DNA of 64,000 nucleotides, taken from the NCBI GenBank assembly GCA_044225365.1, contig JBGAIQ010000002.1, positions 128,001 to 192,000 of the forward strand. The letters are read 5' to 3'. The position numbers and the translations under genes are program-made. Origin of the DNA: Planctomycetota bacterium. GTDB lineage: Bacteria > Planctomycetota > B15-G4 > JADJEK01. The notes under the pieces are model-generated. The model was not told the origin of the DNA. It ran no database searches and worked only from the letters and a program-made list of their open reading frames with translations. Each line of letters opens with the position of its first letter. Position 1 is the first letter of the stretch. Below, one piece after another: positions 61,812 to 64,000 of the stretch.

Positions 61812-62421
61812 CCGTAAGGACGAAGGTCAGCGAGCCGCGGATCGAGCGCCAGTCCGAGACGCTCGCATTCGATTGGGCTTTGACCCGCGACGCCTCGCAC
61901 GATTCGAAGCCCGCGGCGGTGAAGATCCGCGCCCAGCCGGGGACGGAGTGGAGCTTGAACGGTAGGTCGAACTTGCGGCGCCAGGGGTGCGTCGCGGTGT
62001 TCTCGGCGTAGAAGTCGAAGAGCGTCACCATGCGTCCGCCGCTCCGCAGGAGTTCGCGGAGTCGACGCGCCTGCGCGATCTCGTCGGGCATGAGTGTGAG
62101 CGATTCGATGACGAGGATGCCGTCGTACGAGCCGTTGAGGGCGTCGTCGATCTTCTTCCACTCGATCCCGCGGTCCGTGGCCGTCGCATCGCGATCGAGG
62201 TTCGCGGCGACGATCCGCTCGCACTGCAGCGATCGCGCTTCTTCGAGCACGCGCTTTCCGCCGCCGAGGACCAGCAGACTTGCATGCGGTCGCAGGTCGA
62301 GCCGACGCAACGCTTCGATCTCGGCGAACTCGCGCTCGGCGAGGATCGACGCGAACACCGGGTTCGCGGCGGCGGCGCGAAGGCGGGCTGCGAGATCGGC
62401 GATGGGATCGGAGTCGATCAT
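61801..62421 (-). CDS. Hypothetical protein, degenerate SAM-methyltransferase-like fold
   Basis: LLVLGGG motif-I-like, YDGILVIESL, LLRSGGRMV. Confidence 0.5.
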   Translation of the reverse strand: MIDSDPIADLAARLRAAAANPVFASILAEREFAEIEALRRLDLRPHASLLVLGGGKRVLEEARSLQCERIVAANLDRDATATDRGIEWKKIDDALNGSYDGILVIESLTLMPDEIAQARRLRELLRSGGRMVTLFDFYAENTATHPWRRKFDLPFKLHSVPGWARIFTAAGFESCEASRVKAQSNASVSDWRSIRGSLTFVLTVRT

Positions 62422-63566
62422 GCGCGGGCCATCGTAACCGATTCGCGGCGCGGCAATGGAAGCCCGAGTTCGGAGTAGACGAGTTCGAGCGCGCGTTGCG
62501 TCGCGATCCCGGGGTTGTAGAAGACGTCGTTCGCGATGGCTCTTCGCGCGGCGCTGAACTCACTCGGGTCCGAGAAGCAGCGGTCGAGCGCAGCCGCGAT
62601 CTCGTCGCCCGTCTTGATCACGATGCCGCCCTTCTGACTCCAGGTGTCGACGTCGGCGGTCTTGCGATACCGCTTCGATTGGAACAGTTCCGGAACGTCG
62701 CAGTACACGATGGGCCGATCGAGGAGCATGAACTCCTGCAGCACCGAGCTCGCGTCGCTGATGAGGACGTCGGCGAGCGCCATCGCGGGCACGACGTCGA
62801 TGTCCTCGTAGAGCGAGACGTTCTTCCACGGCCATGCCTTCGCTCGGGCTTCCCAATCGATCTTGCTGTGGTTCGGATCCTTCAGATGGTCGTGGAGCTT
62901 GACGAGGACGTGAATGCCGTCGATGCGCGACGCGCGTTCGAGCATCGCTTCGCCCATCTTGAAGATCGAGCTGTGCTCACCCCACGTCGGGGCGTAGAGA
63001 ACGACCTTCTTCGATGGGTCGATACCGAGGCGGGCTCGCAGGGCGCGCACGTCGATCGAGCCGTTCACCAAGGGGTCGAGCTTGGGCATGCCGATCTCGA
63101 CGAGTCGCGGGTCGCCTTCCTTGATGAACTTGCGGGCGATGAACTGGCGGCGCTGCCACGGTCCGACGAGCATGATCTTGTCAAAGAACTTCGCCTTCTT
63201 GGCGATCGAGCGCCCCTTGAACGACGCGCCGTGGAAGGTGAGCATCCGGCGATAACTGCGCTTGCCCGCGACGCGCGAGCCATCCGGGGCGATGTAGAGG
63301 TCCGCGCGATACTTGTGCGCCGCGCGACGTTTCATGGGTTCGACGTCCTTCAACCTCGTCGCGGCGATCATCGCCGGTGCGTCGTCGCGCGTGCGGAACT
63401 TCGCGGCGAGGATCAAGCGGATCCGCGGATCGCGCTGCAGCGCATCGATGATGGGCCGCATCACGACGATGTTCATCGGCGAGCAGGCATGCAACAAGAC
63501 GTCGCGCTTGCCCCGAATGATTCGCGAGAGAGTGCGGCGCAGGTGCCGCAGTGCGTCGTGACTCAT
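62418..63566 (-). CDS. CDP-glycerol:glycerophosphotransferase (TagB/TagF-like) family protein
   Basis: TFHGASFK, IGMPKLD, VLYAPTW, VKLH, ADVLISDASSV..EFMLLDRPIV. Confidence 0.85.
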   Translation of the reverse strand: MSHDALRHLRRTLSRIIRGKRDVLLHACSPMNIVVMRPIIDALQRDPRIRLILAAKFRTRDDAPAMIAATRLKDVEPMKRRAAHKYRADLYIAPDGSRVAGKRSYRRMLTFHGASFKGRSIAKKAKFFDKIMLVGPWQRRQFIARKFIKEGDPRLVEIGMPKLDPLVNGSIDVRALRARLGIDPSKKVVLYAPTWGEHSSIFKMGEAMLERASRIDGIHVLVKLHDHLKDPNHSKIDWEARAKAWPWKNVSLYEDIDVVPAMALADVLISDASSVLQEFMLLDRPIVYCDVPELFQSKRYRKTADVDTWSQKGGIVIKTGDEIAAALDRCFSDPSEFSAARRAIANDVFYNPGIATQRALELVYSELGLPLPRRESVTMARA

Positions 63567-63576
63567 GAACTCGAAC

Positions 63577-64000
63577 TCAAACTCCGTATAGCTCGCCGTA
63601 CTTCTTCTTCGCGTACGCGACGAAGTAGCGCGCGGAGGGCTCCTCGCCGGTCGCTTGCTTCACGAGCTCGTCGGCGGTGAACTCGCGGCCCTTGCTGTGG
63701 ATCTTCGCGCGCATCCAGTCGCGCAGCGGGAGGAGTTCGCCGCGCTCCAGGAGCGCATCGAGTCCGTTGAGGTCGCGGTCGGCCGCCGCGACCAATTGGG
63801 CTGCGTACAGATTGCCGAGCGTGTAGGTGGGGAAGTAGCCGAATCCGCCCATCGACCAGTGGATGTCCTGGAGGCAACCCTCGCGATCCGTCGGCGGTTC
63901 GATCCCGAGCCGTTCCCGCATGCCGTTGCGCCAGGCTTCCGGGATGTCGTTCACCGCGAGATTGCCTTCGAAAAGGTCGCGTTCGATCGAGAAGCGCAGC
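63577..64000 (-). CDS. M32 carboxypeptidase (Taq-like), 3' part only, truncated by window edge
   Basis: GCLQDIHWSMGGFGYFPTYTLGNLYAAQ, IHSKG. Confidence 0.92.
   Translation of the reverse strand, partial: LRFSIERDLFEGNLAVNDIPEAWRNGMRERLGIEPPTDREGCLQDIHWSMGGFGYFPTYTLGNLYAAQLVAAADRDLNGLDALLERGELLPLRDWMRAKIHSKGREFTADELVKQATGEEPSARYFVAYAKKKYGELYGV

Overview
A high-GC, gene-dense bacterial chromosomal segment. Gene content (secreted HEAT-repeat, FG-GAP and NHL proteins, LptF/G, long-form HflX) suggests a diderm, probably Planctomycetota-like organism; this is inference. Housekeeping genes (ettA, cdd, acylphosphatase, mpg, fumC, trxB, mutY, lptF/G, hflX, ndh, hemH, peptidases) are mixed with accessory modules. 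Main points: (1) a probable exported thioredoxin-fold selenoprotein at 36700-37620 that the ORF track splits in two, with an in-frame TGA giving a UxxC motif and a SECIS-like hairpin directly after it; (2) an operon of ZIP transporter, DUF318-type metal permease fused to an SPFH domain, HflC and HflK; (3) a ~250-270 bp non-coding element with long internal inverted repeats, present as a tandem array (48.3-49.2 kb) and as one inverted copy (34.6-34.9 kb); (4) a lipid-linked glycosylation-like cluster with two large GT-C-like membrane proteins flanking three secreted beta-propeller genes; (5) a GbsR-regulated CrtD-like/desaturase mini-operon. I saw no rRNA, tRNA, CRISPR array, transposase or integrase. 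All family assignments come from reading motifs by eye, not from database searches.
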